This document shows, piece after piece, positions 63,490 through 64,000 of a stretch of 64,000 bases of DNA. This stretch comes from a bacterium. Its GTDB lineage: Bacteria > Vulcanimicrobiota > JAZDOK01. The stretch spans positions 1,036 to 65,035 of the forward strand of contig JAZDOK010000016.1 in assembly GCA_043798715.1 (NCBI GenBank). The letters run 5' to 3'. The position numbers and the translations under genes are program-made. The notes under the pieces were generated by a model. It was not told where the DNA came from. It did no database searches and saw nothing but the letters and a program-made list of their open reading frames with translations. Every line of letters starts with the position of its first letter. Within the stretch, counting starts at the first letter, position 1.

Positions 63490-63987
63490 TTACATCCCCA
63501 AGCCCTTGAAGAGCCAGAATACGCCGAAGACGGTGGCTGCCGCGCTCAGAACCAGGGAAATCCAGGCCATGTTCTTTGCGGGCCGGATGATCTCAAGATG
63601 AAGTTCTCCGGTTTTCGAGGAGGCGATCTTGTCTTCAGCCAATTTCGACCGCCTAAGCGCCAGAATCGCAATCAGAATACCGAGGAACGAGAATAAAAGG
63701 ACGGCATTCACGTTGTCATTCCGGGTCTCAGGTTTGATGAGCCCGCCCAGGATTTTGGTCAGCAGGATCACGACCGGGAAGATGAGCATCATCAGGCTGA
63801 AGATTCCGGTATTGAAGGCCTCCTTGGCCAGGAGGATGATCTTCTTTATGCTCCTGACCAGGTTCTCCCGGTTGCACTTAGAACATGTGTCCAGCAAGGC
63901 CGGGTGTGAGAATCCGCATTCCGGACAGGTTACCATCTCTTCCGCCTTCTTCGCTTTTTTAGGAAGGGAATTCCAGCGGGTGGCCAT
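63490..63987 (-). CDS. zinc-ribbon membrane protein, unknown function
   Basis: 165 aa with N-terminal CPECGF...CSKC followed by three hydrophobic segments. Confidence 0.6.
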   Translation of the reverse strand: MATRWNSLPKKAKKAEEMVTCPECGFSHPALLDTCSKCNRENLVRSIKKIILLAKEAFNTGIFSLMMLIFPVVILLTKILGGLIKPETRNDNVNAVLLFSFLGILIAILALRRSKLAEDKIASSKTGELHLEIIRPAKNMAWISLVLSAAATVFGVFWLFKGLGM

Positions 63988-64000
63988 CAGGATCCCGGCT

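Noticed and set aside
1-64000. CRISPR arrays, rRNA or tRNA genes, and IS elements with a transposase
   Set aside because: Reading both strands, I found no regularly spaced short repeats, no cloverleaf-like intergenic segment and no transposase or integrase ORF. Proper tools (tRNAscan-SE, CRISPR detection, ISfinder) should confirm this.

Overview
This is a bacterial chromosomal window of roughly 55-60% G+C by eye; I cannot assign a taxon from sequence alone. Positions 1-14.2 kb hold an intact S10-spc-alpha ribosomal super-operon, running from a 5'-truncated rplC to rplQ and including secY, adk, map, infA, rpmJ and rpoA. It has a zinc-type S14 and no L30 gene, and is followed by a single ECF-transporter ATPase gene (ecfA). 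Positions 15.1-21.2 kb are the clear accessory region. It is a visibly AT-rich island of about 6.1 kb lodged in the 3' end of ecfA, bounded by two diverged 264-bp copies of the ecfA tail. The distal copy overlaps the convergent yvcK gene. The island carries a Gly-zipper membrane protein flanked by two copies of a GC-rich structured repeat. It also carries my main candidate for a new system, a two-gene module. Gene 1 encodes 769 aa: about 530 aa unrecognisable, then a CxxC..CxxC zinc ribbon and a D..ExK nuclease core. Gene 2 encodes 335 aa: an N-terminal nucleoside-deoxyribosyltransferase/TIR-like Rossmannoid domain and an unknown beta-rich C-terminus. Collapsed remnants of AlbA_2/wHTH-type genes and CG-palindromic tandem repeats follow. 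No integrase is visible. The rest of the window is mostly housekeeping or ordinary accessory content:
- yvcK-rapZ, rarA, a YtxH protein and a STAS protein.
- An scpB-like / transglutaminase-like / radical-SAM-SPASM operon, with a second radical-SAM paralog further on.
- A compact RpoN-like gene, a GAF histidine kinase and an NtrC-type regulator, then a sigma-54 promoter driving a tandem-Cys4 protein and gdhA.
- uvrB and a pseudopilin cluster.
- A thioredoxin-fold gene with an in-frame TGA at the first redox cysteine, making it a likely UxxC selenoprotein.
- An IDH/IPMDH-family dehydrogenase, a TPR protein and an HExxH peptidase.
- pdaD, DUF503, efp and RNase P RNA (rnpB, minus strand).
- An EamA transporter, a 1080-aa secreted coiled-coil protein and a polytopic spermidine-synthase-like protein.
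- An RHH-PIN toxin-antitoxin pair, a Mut7-C RNase, an ICMT-like membrane protein and CsgG/LPP20-like lipoproteins.
I saw no CRISPR array, rRNA or tRNA.
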